A stretch of DNA of 64,000 bases from NCBI GenBank assembly GCA_042645485.1, contig JBHRQN010000003.1:2450-66449 (forward strand), given 5' to 3'. Positions 29,844 to 39,555 of the stretch are shown here, in pieces; the first letter of the stretch is position 1, and every line of letters begins with the position of its first letter. The notes beneath the pieces were generated by a model. That model was not told where the DNA came from. It saw only the letters and a program-made list of their open reading frames with translations, and searched no databases. This DNA comes from Pauljensenia sp. (GTDB lineage Bacteria; Actinomycetota; Actinomycetes; Actinomycetales; Actinomycetaceae). Made by a program: the position numbers and the translations under genes.

Positions 29844-31469
29844 TTAGAACTCGCTTTCTTCCGCATTCGAGGAAATGGCCAGTGGGCGACCGGTCGAGGC
29901 GGCCAAAGCGCGCAAAACAGCGCTTGCTTTGTGGACGGTTTCTTCAGCCTCGCGAGCGGGGACAGAGTCTGCAACAACTCCTGCCCCTGCCTGCACGATC
30001 GCTTGCCCATCCTTAACGAATGCCGAACGGATGACGATGCAGGTATCGAGCTCGCCGTCGCCGCGAAGATAACCAACAGCACCACCGTATGAACCGCGGC
30101 GCTGACCTTCGTAGTTGCGGATGAGTTCTGCCGCGCGAAGCTTTGGAGCCCCCGTCAGCGTCCCCATGGTCATCGATGCGCGGAAAGCATCCAAGGGGTG
30201 CAGATCTTCTGCCAGGGTGCCGCTAACCTCAGATACCAGGTGCATGACTCGCGAATAGCGGTCGACGCGCAAGAGCTGCTCAACGCGACGAGTTCCTCGT
30301 TGCGAAACGCGTGCGACATCGTTGCGGGCCAAGTCGACAAGCATGACGTGCTCGGCAACTTCCTTCGCATCCGAACGCAATTCAAGTTCCAAGCGGATAT
30401 CAAGCTCGTGATCGATACTGCCGTCGGGGGCAAATCCTCGAGGGCGTGTACCAGCAATCGGGCGAATTGCAACCGTTCCGTCCTTGGCTGAATGAAGCAG
30501 TGAGGATTCCGGAGATGCGCCGAAAAGCTCGAAGTCGTCCGCGCCGATATAGAACATGTATGGACTTGGATTCTCATCTCGCAAAAAGCGGTAGCTGCGG
30601 AGCGCATTCGGGCAATCCGCAATAAAACCGCGAGAGGGAACGACCTGGTAGATATCGCCAGCGGCGATGTGCTCTTGCATGGTCGTCACCAGAGCCTCGA
30701 AGTCATCATCAGAGATGGTTGGGCGCGCAATAAGAGGCTGCGATGCGGGATCGATTTTCATTTCCGAGGCCGTGGAGGTCTCGGTCGGCAGCGGAGCTTG
30801 GTCGATCGCCTGGGCAAGCGCATCGATTTGCTGTTCAAGAGAATCGCGGTCGAGTGAGGCTCCGACCAAGTTGGCGCTTTGCGAAGGATGGTCGACCACC
30901 AAGATGATTCGCGCAAGGAAGAACAAGTAATCAGGGCAGGAGTTAAATCCCTGGTCAACATCGGGTAGGGATTCGTAGGTTGCGAGGTAATCAAAAGAAA
31001 CGGTTCCGGCGACCAAAGGCAGGTGCGGGTGATCGACGGGAGTATCGGTGAGAACCCGCAGTGGCTCCATGGTTGCGCGCTCTTTCAAGCGTGTTTCCTC
31101 ATCGGCCTCGTCTTCACGAAGGGAAGGAAGCTCAAAGAGAGCGTGCGAGTCCTTCCGCTCGCGTAGAGCGTTCGGGAGAGCCTCACAGACCTGATTCAGT
31201 GCACTTTGGCCATCAACCGGGTTGGTCGAGGTGACACGTACGTAGTCTCCATCGCATTGAATCGAGGCTGAAGTATCGAGAACTGCAATGGTGGTGAGGT
31301 GCTGCTTAGAAGCGATATCGGCGCTATCCAACAGGACGACTCGTGTTGGGTGACCCGAGGCCGATTGGGGGACCAAGCCCTTTTCGCACAGGTAAGCCAA
31401 AAGCTTGCCGCCGTCTGGGTGGTAGCGCACCTCGCGCGAGATCACGTGGGGTGTGTCTGCGTGTGTCAT
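29844..31469 (-). CDS. trpE: Anthranilate synthase component I
   Basis: ORF trimmed to ATG 31469. Chorismate-binding motifs GTLTGAPK and GGAVGY. Confidence 0.9.
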   Translation of the reverse strand: MTHADTPHVISREVRYHPDGGKLLAYLCEKGLVPQSASGHPTRVVLLDSADIASKQHLTTIAVLDTSASIQCDGDYVRVTSTNPVDGQSALNQVCEALPNALRERKDSHALFELPSLREDEADEETRLKERATMEPLRVLTDTPVDHPHLPLVAGTVSFDYLATYESLPDVDQGFNSCPDYLFFLARIILVVDHPSQSANLVGASLDRDSLEQQIDALAQAIDQAPLPTETSTASEMKIDPASQPLIARPTISDDDFEALVTTMQEHIAAGDIYQVVPSRGFIADCPNALRSYRFLRDENPSPYMFYIGADDFELFGASPESSLLHSAKDGTVAIRPIAGTRPRGFAPDGSIDHELDIRLELELRSDAKEVAEHVMLVDLARNDVARVSQRGTRRVEQLLRVDRYSRVMHLVSEVSGTLAEDLHPLDAFRASMTMGTLTGAPKLRAAELIRNYEGQRRGSYGGAVGYLRGDGELDTCIVIRSAFVKDGQAIVQAGAGVVADSVPAREAEETVHKASAVLRALAASTGRPLAISSNAEESEF

Positions 31470-31491
31470 TGTGTTCCTATCCCTTGCCCTC

Positions 31492-31590
31492 GGCGGGCCA
31501 GCGCAACGAAAAAGGCCCGCCACATGAGCGAGCCTTGATCATTTCCAGGTACGTCAAAGGAGGCCCGCCCTTAGGGGAGCCACCACCACA
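31492..31590 (-). promoter_or_regulatory. Ribosome-mediated trp attenuator (alternative pairing segments)
   Basis: GCGGGCC occurs twice on the RNA (plus-strand 31562-31568 and 31514-31520). Both copies can pair with GGCUCGC (31528-31534), giving mutually exclusive antiterminator and terminator. A further GGCCCGCC (31492-31499) complements the terminator 3' arm. Confidence 0.65.
31509..31534 (-). terminator. trp attenuator terminator (segments 3:4)
   Basis: Minus-strand RNA GGCUCGC-UCAUGUG-GCGGGCC followed by UUUUU. Lies between the leader ORF and trpE. Confidence 0.7.
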
Positions 31591-31624
31591 TCTGCGATGC
31601 TGAAGTACCAAACATGTTTTTCAT
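31571..31624 (-). CDS. trpL: trp operon leader peptide, 17 aa with three consecutive Trp codons
   Basis: Minus strand ATG AAA AAC ATG TTT GGT ACT TCA GCA TCG CAG ATG TGG TGG TGG CTC CCC TAA = MKNMFGTSASQMWWWLP. Stop lies 2 nt before attenuator segment 2. No obvious Shine-Dalgarno. Confidence 0.7.
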   Translation of the reverse strand: MKNMFGTSASQMWWWLP

Positions 31625-31773
31625 AGTAATGCGGGGTGCTCGGGGGCGCCAACGCTACCAGTAAGTGAGACGTGCGAAGTTAGTCGGATAGAGGGATCAG
31701 AAAGAGCAACGCCCGCAGATCACGAGGAAGAGATCTACGGACGTCAGAAGAAGAGTTGAAGATTCGGCCTGGT

Positions 31774-32409
31774 TCAGCGTCGTTTGACTGCAGCAAGAAG
31801 GCCATCGCCAACGGGGAGCATCGCGGGGATGAACTCCTCAGAAGATCCCAGGACCTTTGCAATCTCGCGCATCATGACGGTTTGCTCATCGCGCTGCGCG
31901 GGATCGGCAACCTGGTCATGCCAGAGAGCATGAACAATCACGATCAGTCCACCCGGGCGGAGGACACGGAGCGCGTGATCCAAATAATCGGGGATTTCAG
32001 CGTTGGGCGCATCAATCACCATCATGTCGTAACCGCGGGCAGCCATACGGGGCAGGACGTCCAGCGCGCGACCGGCAATGAGGCGGGTGCGCTGGGAAGC
32101 AATCCCAGCTGCCGCAAAGGCGCGGCGCGCGTGCTTGTGGAATTCAACCTCTTGATCGATAGTGGTCAAGACTCCATCCGGAGACATACCTTGGAGCAGC
32201 CAGAGACCGGAAACACCGGCACCCGTACCAATCTCCAGAACTGCTTTTGCACCACAGGTTGCAGCCAGAAGACGAAGGGCGGCACCAACTCCGGTTGAGA
32301 CAGGATCAGCACCCAAATCGGTGGCGGCCTCGCGAGCTTGCGCAAGAAGCTCGTTTTCTTCGACGAATTCTTCTGCGAAAACCCAACTCAAGGCTTTATC
32401 TGACGCCAT
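31774..32409 (-). CDS. Class I SAM-dependent O-methyltransferase (caffeoyl-CoA OMT-like)
   Basis: Start trimmed to ATG 32409 behind GGAGGAAAA. SAM motif VLEIGTGAGVSGLWL. Confidence 0.82.
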   Translation of the reverse strand: MASDKALSWVFAEEFVEENELLAQAREAATDLGADPVSTGVGAALRLLAATCGAKAVLEIGTGAGVSGLWLLQGMSPDGVLTTIDQEVEFHKHARRAFAAAGIASQRTRLIAGRALDVLPRMAARGYDMMVIDAPNAEIPDYLDHALRVLRPGGLIVIVHALWHDQVADPAQRDEQTVMMREIAKVLGSSEEFIPAMLPVGDGLLAAVKRR

Positions 32410-32504
32410 CTTTTCCTCCGCACTCGTGTACCTATGTCTCATAGGTTACGCACAACCCTTGTCAACTTGATGACTACGCGCCATTGTGGCGGCGATTCCT
32501 TGAA

Positions 32505-33635
32505 TTAAATGGTTTTGTTCAGGGGAGCGACGCCCAGTGGGCGTCCTGCAAGTCCGCGCGAGGCGTGAGCCAGCTTGCCAGCGAGCTCTTGGAGGACCTG
32601 TGCAGCTGGACCTTCGTGTGTTGAAACGGGATCGCCAGCGTCACCGCCTTCGCGCAGTGAAATATCCAGCGGAACCTGTCCCAGAAGCGGAACCGAATAG
32701 CCCAGCTGAGCGCTCAAGCGATCAGATACAGACTGGCCGCCACCGTGACCGAAGATCTCCAACTTGGAGCCGTCGGGCTGGGGGAGGTAGGACATATTCT
32801 CGATGACACCGATGACCTTCTGATCCGTCTGAGTTGCGATGGAACCAGCGCGCTCAGCGACCTCGGCTGCAGCAATCTGCGGGGTTGTCACAACAAGAAT
32901 TTCAGCATTGGGCAGGAGCTGCGCGATCGAAATTGCAACATCGCCAGTGCCGGGAGGCATATCGATGAGCAGAACATCTAGGTCGCCCCAGAAAACATCT
33001 GCGAGGAATTGCTGAAGTGCGCGGTGCAGCATAGGGCCACGCCAAATGACGGGCTGGCCATCGGGAACGAACATGCCAATCGAAACGACCTTGACACCTT
33101 CGGCTCCCAAAGGCGGAATAATCATTCCGTCAATAACCTGAGGATCGTGGCTCACCCCCAGCATTCGAGGAATTGAGAAACCGTAGATGTCGGCATCCAT
33201 CACGCCGACCTTGAGGCCTTGACGAGCCAGTGCAGCGGCAAGGTTTGCGGTCATTGAGGACTTGCCGACGCCGCCCTTTCCTGAGGTGACGGCAATGACG
33301 CGCGTCAGAGAATCGGGGCGGGCAAACAGAATTTCGCGTTCGGGACGACCACCGTTGAGCTTCTCGCGAAGAGCCTTTTTCTGCTCATCGTTCATCACGT
33401 CCATGGTGACCTTGACATCAGTCACGCCGTCCAAGGCGCTGAGGGTCTTGTTGACGTCCTCTGAGATCGTCGTTCGCAAAGGACATCCCGCTGTTGTCAG
33501 CAAGATTGTCACCGAAACCGTTGAACCATCGATATTAATGGAATCGACCATATTGAGGTCGGTAATCGGACGACGAATTTCGGGGTCGATAACAGTCGAC
33601 AGGGCATCAAGAACGTTCTGCGAGGTCAAAGTCAT
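32505..33635 (-). CDS. Mrp/NBP35 (ApbC) family Fe-S cluster carrier ATPase
   Basis: N-terminal DUF59-like VIDPEIRRPITDL. Deviant Walker A VTSGKGGVGKSS. Confidence 0.9.
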   Translation of the reverse strand: MTLTSQNVLDALSTVIDPEIRRPITDLNMVDSINIDGSTVSVTILLTTAGCPLRTTISEDVNKTLSALDGVTDVKVTMDVMNDEQKKALREKLNGGRPEREILFARPDSLTRVIAVTSGKGGVGKSSMTANLAAALARQGLKVGVMDADIYGFSIPRMLGVSHDPQVIDGMIIPPLGAEGVKVVSIGMFVPDGQPVIWRGPMLHRALQQFLADVFWGDLDVLLIDMPPGTGDVAISIAQLLPNAEILVVTTPQIAAAEVAERAGSIATQTDQKVIGVIENMSYLPQPDGSKLEIFGHGGGQSVSDRLSAQLGYSVPLLGQVPLDISLREGGDAGDPVSTHEGPAAQVLQELAGKLAHASRGLAGRPLGVAPLNKTI

Positions 33636-33677
33636 GGTGTCAATCCTATGGCCCAGCAACGGTTTGCGCAGACTGGT

Positions 33678-34256
33678 TTAGCTGTCGGCGTGAAGCGGAG
33701 TAGACAGATCCGCCGAATCTTCTGCTTGATCCGTATTTCCCTGCGCGCTGAGCTGTGCAAATCGTTCGTCGCGCTCTTCAAGTTCCTCGCGAAGATCGTT
33801 GAGCATGTCGCGAAGTTCCGAGCGGACGAAGTCGCGTGTTGCCACGTCCTGCAGCGCAATACGAAGACCAGCAATCTCGCGGGTCAGATACTCAGTATCG
33901 GCAAGATTGCGTTCCGCGCGCTGACGGTCTTGTTCTGCTTGAACGCGGTCACGATCATCTTGGCGATTCTGTGCAAGAAGGATCAGAGGTGCCGAATATG
34001 AAGCCTGGGTTGAGAAGGCAAGGTTCAGCAAGATGAAGGGGTAGGGATCCCACGCGTACTTTTCCGAAACCTTGTAGAGGAGGACGTTCGCAACAATCCA
34101 TGAGACGACGAAAATCGTCATGTAGAGGATGAACTTCGGCGAGCCCATGAAGCGGGCCGTGGCCTCGGCAAACTGGCCAAAACCGTCGCCAGAGGAACGG
34201 CGGCGAAAAAGCTTAAACTTCCGCTCGGTGGGGGTATCAAGACGATCAGCCATCAA
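33678..34256 (-). CDS. DUF1003-family membrane protein
   Basis: Two TM segments then a coiled-coil tail (LLAQNRQDDRDRVQAEQDRQRAE). Conserved actinobacterial neighbour of mrp. Confidence 0.75.
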   Translation of the reverse strand: MMADRLDTPTERKFKLFRRRSSGDGFGQFAEATARFMGSPKFILYMTIFVVSWIVANVLLYKVSEKYAWDPYPFILLNLAFSTQASYSAPLILLAQNRQDDRDRVQAEQDRQRAERNLADTEYLTREIAGLRIALQDVATRDFVRSELRDMLNDLREELEERDERFAQLSAQGNTDQAEDSADLSTPLHADS

Positions 34257-35550
34257 TACTCCTTGCCATTACTCGGTCGGTCACATCGTCATCCCAGTCA
34301 CGCCAGTCACGTGGCAGCAGCTCGTCCAAAACGTCATCAACGGAAACGGCGCCCAGAAGGTGCCCGTCTTCGTCGACAACGGGAAGAACTGTCAGGTTGT
34401 ATGTCGCCAGCAGACGCGTGACAGTCGCAACGTGGGCGTCAGGGGAGAGCCTGTCGAGGTCGGTGTCCATGATGGTCCCCAGAAGTGTATTGGGGGGTTC
34501 GCGAAGCGCGCGCTGGAAATGGACAGCACCCAAGTATTGACCCGTCGGGGTTTCCAAGGGCGGTCGTGCGATGAAAGCAGCTGCGGCCAAAGAAACCGGA
34601 AGGTCAGAACGACGAATAGAAGCGAGCATCTGAGCCACAGTCGCATCGGGGGCCAAGATGACCGGTTCGGTGGTCATCAAGGAACCGGCTGTTGACTCCT
34701 TGTAGGCCATCAGTCGACGAACGTCTGCAGCTTCATCAGGTTCCATCAAGGACAGCAGAGACTGAGCTTTTTCAACGGGAAGCTCAGACATCAGGTCAGC
34801 AGCGTCATCAGGCTGCATCGCGTCCAGAACGTCCGCAGCGCGCTTGGATTCCAGCTGAGAAACGATCGACACGCGGTCGTCTTCGCCCAGTTCTTCCAGC
34901 ACGTCTGCAAGACGTGAGTCGGGGAGTTCCGTTGCGACGGCCAGCTGTCGTTCTGCAGGAAGGTCGTGGAGGAAGTCTGCGAGGTCTGCAGCCTTCATGT
35001 CTTCCGTGTGTTGGATCAGAGCGGTTGCAGCTTGGTTTGAATCGGTCTTAAGAAGTGAAGAGACCTCATCGACGCGAACCGTCATGGTCGTTCCGCCGCG
35101 TTTGAAGCCCAAAGTTGTTGTGCGAACGCGCTGGACGTGCAGGGTGGAGATGATCCAGTCACGAGGCCGGCGCTGCTGCATAGCGACGTCAAGGATCTTC
35201 ACGACGCCGCTTCCGTCATTCATTGTGACTTCACGGTCGAAAAGCTCAGTGATGACAAGCGTTTCAACGGGGCGCTGGTTGAAGGAGCGGATATTGAGCA
35301 AGCCGGTCGTAATGACGGAACCGGATTCAATTGCCGTCACACGAGTAAAGGGCAGAAACACGCGTTTTCGGGGGCCAACCTCGACGACGAAGCCAATGAC
35401 ATTGGCGGTCGAATTCAGGCGAAATGTCACGACGACGTCGTGAATGACACCAACTTTCTCGCCCAGCGGGTCAAAGACGGAGGTACCGGCAAGCTTGCCG
35501 ATATAGATTCGGCGCCCGGTTGTTCCGACGTTCATAGGTGCACTGCTCAC
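34246..35550 (-). CDS. MgtE N-terminal domain / CBS-pair protein lacking the MgtE membrane domain
   Basis: Acidic MgtE-N repeats (DLADFLHDL, VLEELGEDD, AADVLDAMQPDDAADLMSEL) then tandem CBS. No TM segments. Confidence 0.8.
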   Translation of the reverse strand: MSSAPMNVGTTGRRIYIGKLAGTSVFDPLGEKVGVIHDVVVTFRLNSTANVIGFVVEVGPRKRVFLPFTRVTAIESGSVITTGLLNIRSFNQRPVETLVITELFDREVTMNDGSGVVKILDVAMQQRRPRDWIISTLHVQRVRTTTLGFKRGGTTMTVRVDEVSSLLKTDSNQAATALIQHTEDMKAADLADFLHDLPAERQLAVATELPDSRLADVLEELGEDDRVSIVSQLESKRAADVLDAMQPDDAADLMSELPVEKAQSLLSLMEPDEAADVRRLMAYKESTAGSLMTTEPVILAPDATVAQMLASIRRSDLPVSLAAAAFIARPPLETPTGQYLGAVHFQRALREPPNTLLGTIMDTDLDRLSPDAHVATVTRLLATYNLTVLPVVDEDGHLLGAVSVDDVLDELLPRDWRDWDDDVTDRVMARSIDG

Positions 35551-35637
35551 CCGGCCAGTTTATCCCCAGAGCGAACTTCTTACCCGCCCACGGAAAGGAA
35601 GTTCTCGCTACGATGGCAGAATACGAAAGGGAAAAGT

Positions 35638-36318
35638 ATGAGCGTACCTGTGAGCGGAACCCGGCGGACCCGTGGGGGTGGAAGCCTGCCTGACGGCACC
35701 GAAGTTGCTTCCTATGCCTCTTACGATCAGGCTTTGGCAGCCCTTGAGGTTTTGTCAAACAATGACTTTGAGGTTGAGAACGTCAGCGTGGTTGGTACCG
35801 ACCTCTATTCGGTTGAGCGGATTATCGGGCGCGTGACCTGGGCTCGTGCGGTTTCCCAGGCAGTGATGAACGGTGCACTCTGGGGCGCGATGATCGGCAT
35901 CGTGCTCTCTGTTAATCAGGGAAACACAATGGTCTGGGTAGGTGCCTGCATGTTGGCGGGTGCCTTGATTACATCTTGTTTAAGCACTGCAATGTTCCTG
36001 ATTCGCAGGCGTCGAGGGGACTTTTATTCTCAATCCCAGGTAGTCGCTGGTCGCTATGCGGTGATCATTGCGAAGGCTGCTGGTAGCGACCGCATTCGCG
36101 AAGCTTTCGAACTTTTGCAGAAGACCGAAGGTAATCAGATGCGCCCGCGTCGAGTTCGCCCAGTACGCGAAAGCACTGGTCCGACTGAGTACGGCTCGCG
36201 TCCAGATGAGAAGCCCCGTTTTGGAGTGCGTTTGTCGCAGCTGCCTGAAACTGACGCCAGCGCTGCCGACGCGGAGTATCACGACGACGAAAGCTCGCAA
36301 ACGGATCCCCAGAACTGA
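35638..36318 (+). CDS. General-stress-type membrane protein (conserved actinobacterial)
   Basis: ORF 35137-36318 trimmed to ATG 35638, which removes the antisense overlap with the previous gene. Soluble N-domain, two TM segments, charged tail. Confidence 0.65.
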   Translation: MSVPVSGTRRTRGGGSLPDGTEVASYASYDQALAALEVLSNNDFEVENVSVVGTDLYSVERIIGRVTWARAVSQAVMNGALWGAMIGIVLSVNQGNTMVWVGACMLAGALITSCLSTAMFLIRRRRGDFYSQSQVVAGRYAVIIAKAAGSDRIREAFELLQKTEGNQMRPRRVRPVRESTGPTEYGSRPDEKPRFGVRLSQLPETDASAADAEYHDDESSQTDPQN

Positions 36319-36330
36319 GGTATATACGCG

Positions 36331-36364
36331 AAGTGGCCTCGTCCCGGCTGGGACGAGGCCACTT
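36331..36364. terminator. Perfect 15-bp hairpin between convergent genes (bidirectional, no U-tract)
   Basis: AAGTGGCCTCGTCCC-GGCT-GGGACGAGGCCACTT. Confidence 0.7.
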
Positions 36365-36376
36365 GTGCATTCAGGC

Positions 36377-37909
36377 TTATGCGCGTCCTTGAGCGCTGGC
36401 AATCCATGCCTCGACATCGGCAATGGTTCGCGGGATGTCTTCCGAGATTCGGGTAACACTGCCATCAGCGTTCACCAGCACATCGTCCTCAATGCGCACG
36501 CCAATTCCGCGGAATTCCTCGGGGATGGCCATGTCATCGGCGCGGAAGTACAAACCGGGTTCGATGGTGAAGCACATTCCGGGCTCCAACAGTGCATCCT
36601 GGTACATTTCGCGACGCGCCTGAGCGCAGTCGTGAACATCCAGACCCAGGTGGTGGCTGGTGCCGTGAGGCATCCAGCGGCGGTGCTGCTGGCCGTTGGG
36701 AGAAAGTGATTCTTCTGCACTGACGGGCAGCAGGCCCCATTCTTCCAGTCGTGCGGCAATGACCTTCATCGCGGCATCGTGAACATCACGGAATCGGGTT
36801 CCGGGTTGGTTCGCGCGCTCGAGTGCGGCCTCGCAGGCATCCAAAACCGCCTGGTAAACCTTCGCCTGAGTGGGGGAGAAGGTTCCATTGACGGGGAGCG
36901 TGCGGGTGATGTCTGCGGTATAGAGCGAATCAACCTCGACACCCGCATCGACCAAAACCAGGTCGCCGTCGTTGACTGGACCGTCGTTATCAATCCAGTG
37001 CAGAGTATTTGCGTGGTTACCCGAGGCGGCGATGGTGTCGTAGCCCAGGCCGTTTCCTTCTTCGCGGGCTACCGCTCCAAAGGCGCCCTCAATGACGCGT
37101 TCGCCGCGGCGATGACCAACGGCTCGAGGCAGTGAACGAAGGATATCTTCGAATCCAGCCTTTGTGATCTCGACTGCGCGACGCAGCTCAGAGATCTCAA
37201 ATTCGTCCTTGCACAGGCGGATTTCTGAGAGTCGCTCTTCTAAAGCATCGTCTGTTTCGGCAGCGTCCCCACCAAAAGGCAGGCCTGCTTGCATGCGAAC
37301 CTCGTTGACCATGGCTTCCACGGCCTCGTCGACATTGCGAACCATGCGCAAACGAACGATTCCCGCATCCTTGGCCAGAGCGTCGCGAAGGGTGTCGATG
37401 TGCTCGCAACGCAGACCGGTTTCGGTTGCAACTTCCTCGAGGGAGGGGCGGGCACCCACCCAGAACTCACCGTAGCGTGAGTCAGAGTAGAACTCTTGGG
37501 AAGAACGGGAGGTGCGAGGCTTGAAGTACAGCACCGCCTCGTGACCGCCTTCGGGAAGGGGTTCAAGGACAATGACCGAATCGGGTTCGCGTTCTTGCCC
37601 AAGACCCGACAGGTGAGCAAAAGCCGAGTATGCGCGGAAACGGTAGGTGCAGTCGTTTGAGCGAACTTTGTAGGTCCCTGCGGGGATAACCAGTCGTTCA
37701 CCGGCGAAGGGCTCTCCTGCTGCAGTTGCGCGAGCGGGAAGGTAGTCGGCAACGGCCGATCGAGTAATACCCGGATCAGGACGCGGCCCCCACTGGGAGC
37801 CCATGAATTCTCGGAATGCATCTGAGGATGGACGGCGCGAGCGATTATTCACGCGCTCAGCCAAAGAATCGGGTGCTTCTTCCGCGGAGTTGGTTTCAGT
37901 CGTAGTCAT
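36377..37909 (-). CDS. Xaa-Pro aminopeptidase (M24B, aminopeptidase P)
   Basis: M24 metal-ligand regions VDAGVEVDSLYTADITRT, HGTSHHLGLDVHD, TIEPGLY, GIGVRIEDD. Confidence 0.88.
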   Translation of the reverse strand: MTTTETNSAEEAPDSLAERVNNRSRRPSSDAFREFMGSQWGPRPDPGITRSAVADYLPARATAAGEPFAGERLVIPAGTYKVRSNDCTYRFRAYSAFAHLSGLGQEREPDSVIVLEPLPEGGHEAVLYFKPRTSRSSQEFYSDSRYGEFWVGARPSLEEVATETGLRCEHIDTLRDALAKDAGIVRLRMVRNVDEAVEAMVNEVRMQAGLPFGGDAAETDDALEERLSEIRLCKDEFEISELRRAVEITKAGFEDILRSLPRAVGHRRGERVIEGAFGAVAREEGNGLGYDTIAASGNHANTLHWIDNDGPVNDGDLVLVDAGVEVDSLYTADITRTLPVNGTFSPTQAKVYQAVLDACEAALERANQPGTRFRDVHDAAMKVIAARLEEWGLLPVSAEESLSPNGQQHRRWMPHGTSHHLGLDVHDCAQARREMYQDALLEPGMCFTIEPGLYFRADDMAIPEEFRGIGVRIEDDVLVNADGSVTRISEDIPRTIADVEAWIASAQGRA

Positions 37910-37966
37910 AGTGTCATGGTCTCACTTTCCCCGTGCGGCATGCTAGGCGGATCGTATTCTAAATAC

Positions 37967-38812
37967 ATGACCAGGATCGATCTTCATACACACAGTGCGT
38001 ATTCGGACGGAACCGATACCCCCGCCGAACTCATGGAGAAGGCACGCCAGGCGCATTTGGATGTCGTCGGGCTGACCGATCACGACACATACGCTGGCTG
38101 GGACGAGGCCGCAGCATGCGTTGAGCGAACTGGAGTGTCCTTGGTGCGCGGGGTGGAGTTATCCTGCGCGAGTGAGGGGATCACCGTTCACCTTTTGGGA
38201 TACCTTCCCGATCCTGCGAACGAGGCCCTGCTTGCAGTTCAGCGCCGAGCAACTGAGTCGCGTCTCACGCGCGCGCAGAAGATTGTTGAACGCCTTGCAG
38301 AAGACTATCCAATTACGTGGGAGCAGGTGCGTGCCCTTGCTCCTGAAGGTGGACCGGTTGGGCGTCCGCATATTGCCGATGCCTTGGTTGAAATAGGCGC
38401 TTTCCCTGATCGCAGTGCCGTTTTTGCGCAGACTCTGCATCCTTCTAGTAAGTATTACGTCATGCACTGGGCACCCGATCCAGTCGATGCTGTGGAGCTG
38501 GTTCGAGCCGCCGGGGGAGTCCCTGTGCTGGCGCATCCGCGCGCGCGGGCTCGCCAAAGGCTTCTGCCCGAGGAAGTCATTGATATGATGAAGGACGCGG
38601 GCCTGTTCGGGATTGAGCGCGATCATCGTGATCATACCGAAGAGGATCGAGCCGATGTGGAGCGGATCGCACGCCGTTTGAAGCTGGAAGTATTTGGTTC
38701 CTCCGACTATCACGGCCTAGGAAAGCCGAATCAACTTGGTGAAAACCTAACGGATCAGTCGGTGCTGAACAAACTTGAAGAGGAAGCGTTTTTAGAGGTC
38801 CTGCACCCATGA
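37967..38812 (+). CDS. PHP-domain metal-dependent phosphoesterase
   Basis: Trimmed to ATG 37967. IDLHTHSAYSDGT and GLTDHDT motifs. Confidence 0.85.
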   Translation: MTRIDLHTHSAYSDGTDTPAELMEKARQAHLDVVGLTDHDTYAGWDEAAACVERTGVSLVRGVELSCASEGITVHLLGYLPDPANEALLAVQRRATESRLTRAQKIVERLAEDYPITWEQVRALAPEGGPVGRPHIADALVEIGAFPDRSAVFAQTLHPSSKYYVMHWAPDPVDAVELVRAAGGVPVLAHPRARARQRLLPEEVIDMMKDAGLFGIERDHRDHTEEDRADVERIARRLKLEVFGSSDYHGLGKPNQLGENLTDQSVLNKLEEEAFLEVLHP

Positions 38813-39447
38813 GTATCGGTTCTGTTGTGGACATTACGGTCTTGTTGACGACTTTTGCGACCCTGATCGTCATTTTGGACCCAATGGGCTTGATGCCTGT
38901 CTTCTTGGGACTAACCTCCAAGCTCTCACGCACTGCTCAGCGAAAAGCGGCTTTCCAAGCCTCGCTGGTGTCTTTCGGAGTCATCCTTGCTTTCGCTTTC
39001 CTTGGACAGCAGATTTTGCGCGCGCTCCATATTTCAATGGAATCTTTGAAACTTTCCGGTGGCGTATTGCTGTTCTTGGTCGCGATGGAGCTGTTGACCT
39101 CCAGCGACATGGAGCAGCCCGATACTGGTGATGATGCAGTGAATGTTGCATTGGTTCCGCTGGGGATTCCTCTGCTTGCGGGGCCGGGTGCGATTGTTGC
39201 TGTGATGGTGTCGATGGCACAGGCCCACACAGTTGGTTCCATTGTTGGCGTTGTCGGTGCTGTCGTTGCAACCCACGTGGTGATTTGGCTGTCGATGCGT
39301 TTCGCTTTGGAGCTTTCACGCTTCCTGGGAACGGGCGGCATTATGTTGCTCACGAAGATTTCCGGTGTGCTTTTGGCCGCTATTGCAACTGAACTGGTCA
39401 TGGGTGGTGTTTTCGACTTTATTAAGAACGCTGGAATAATTCAGTAG
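38809..39447 (+). CDS. MarC-family (UPF0056) integral membrane protein
   Basis: Six TM segments. N-terminal ILDPMGLMPVFLGLT motif. ATGA overlap with the PHP gene. Confidence 0.82.
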   Translation: MSIGSVVDITVLLTTFATLIVILDPMGLMPVFLGLTSKLSRTAQRKAAFQASLVSFGVILAFAFLGQQILRALHISMESLKLSGGVLLFLVAMELLTSSDMEQPDTGDDAVNVALVPLGIPLLAGPGAIVAVMVSMAQAHTVGSIVGVVGAVVATHVVIWLSMRFALELSRFLGTGGIMLLTKISGVLLAAIATELVMGGVFDFIKNAGIIQ

Positions 39448-39555
39448 TCAGGTTGACAGTCCGTCATCTTTTTTATCTCGCCCCGCTTTATGGGGCTACA
39501 GTAGGCTTAGTCCAGTGCTACCGGTAGTGCTGAGTCAATCGCAAGGAGAGATTTT

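Noticed and set aside
29843-30085. Upstream extension of the trpG ORF
   Set aside because: It would overlap trpE by 240 nt in another frame. ATG 29842 yields the canonical MRVIFLDN amidotransferase N-terminus 1 nt after the trpE stop.
35137-35637. N-terminal 167-codon extension of the 35137-36318 ORF
   Set aside because: It overlaps the MgtE-N/CBS gene on the opposite strand. ATG 35638 gives a sensible intergenic spacer and a typical protein start.
39470-39505. GCCCC-GCTTTAT-GGGGC hairpin upstream of glgP
   Set aside because: The T-run precedes rather than follows the stem on the plus strand, and an A-run follows it on the minus strand. It is not a convincing terminator in either direction.
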